Part shown: one piece after another, positions 63,201 to 64,000 of the stretch
How the letters are laid out: every line of letters starts with the position of its first letter
How positions within the stretch are numbered: position 1 is the first letter of the stretch
From: Perkinsus chesapeaki ATCC PRA-425
Taxonomy: Eukaryota > Protista > Perkinsozoa
Assembly: GCA_013115145.1 (NCBI GenBank)
Contig: JAAPAO010000012.1
Location: 79,563-143,562 of the forward strand
Reading direction: 5' to 3'
Length of the DNA: 64,000 bases
The notes under the pieces: generated by a model
Seen by the model: the letters and a program-made list of their open reading frames with translations, nothing else
What the model was told of the DNA's origin: nothing
Databases searched by the model: none
Program-made: the position numbers and the translations under genes

Positions 63201-64000
63201 CTCCTTGTTCTTTTTTGTTCACCCGCTTCAGCGCTTCAGGAGGCTGTGACCTCGGACCGCTGCACGTATTTCGCAGTACAGTATCAATTAACTAGTGTGT
63301 GATGAGTATTCGTGAGTAGAGTAAAATGCTGAGTCAATTGGTTTGTGTTGAGTTGATTAGTGTCGAATGGCAGTTAGAGCTTTTTGAGTGATGTGTCGAG
63401 TGATCTATCATTGATAGACTACCAAGTGTGTACTAAGGCTAGACGATATTACGAAAAACTTGGCGGCGGAAGGTTGCTGCCAGTGTTGTAATATCTGCCG
63501 GCCATGAGCCCACTCAACTGCTGTTGAGTAGTCAATGCAGTTATTAAACTTGTAAGCAGTTGCAAACCTGCTGGAGTTCAGTGCAGATCTCATAAATTCA
63601 TTTCTTCGCCAACATACGTAGGGAAACTCATGCATATAATGCAAGTTACGTATGTATTGTTGTACCCCTGACAACTGGTCTCTGCATCGGAATGAGCAGA
63701 GAACAACTTGCTGTCCATCACTGTAGGACACAACACTGATGAACTGGAAAATCGATAGCTTTGACAGAAAATACGCCCTATGAGGGCAAAATAATAAGGA
63801 TGGACTCTGGCTCGAAATGTACCTCCAAGCACTTCGTGCTTTTCGAAACAAAAATATGCGCGACTACGAAGGCAACAAAACTAAAATTTTATTCGCTTTA
63901 CGGTACTGTTCGATCCAGACCTCCCCATCCAAGTTGGACTAGGAAGGTTGGAGTCTTAGGTTGAACTATCCAACCTAACAAACCCACAGTGGCGTGTGAC

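Noticed and set aside
63408-63851. 147-aa minus-strand ORF near the window end
   Set aside because: No recognisable motif and ambiguous splice and frame choices. It may be the 3' end of a gene extending beyond the window.

Overview
Eukaryotic genomic DNA with many short (~40-60 nt) GT-AG introns. The style suggests a perkinsid alveolate such as Perkinsus, but that is an inference from gene and intron style only. The window opens with the 3' part of DNA polymerase delta (+). A gene-poor accessory zone follows (~2.6-19.9 kb). It holds a small 8-Cys secreted peptide, a degenerate multi-exon gene, a papain-family protease, a stray intron-containing copy of part of the pol delta gene, two serine carboxypeptidase paralogues and a possible transposase relic. 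Next comes a tightly packed minus-strand block: Sec23, an EF-hand/coiled-coil protein, a UAA transporter, a DUF3431-like protein, DMAP1/SWC4-like, an SLC12 cotransporter, an EML/WD40 protein, a TLDc protein, 5-oxoprolinase, two pairs of uncharacterised intronless paralogues and UTP25. The window ends with three tandem plus-strand paralogues of an unrecognised acidic protein family. The most unusual signals are four: (i) chained micro-palindromes with a single central base throughout non-coding DNA and long introns; (ii) the triplicated DYFGHxxGHP / LFLGGVEVCDR / KKxSFxxxLCGS family; (iii) a four-gene intronless module of two C2H2-finger proteins and two AT-hook-like basic proteins; (iv) the Cys-rich peptide. 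I found no rRNA, tRNA or CRISPR array. Exon boundaries were read by eye, so the ends of multi-exon genes are approximate.
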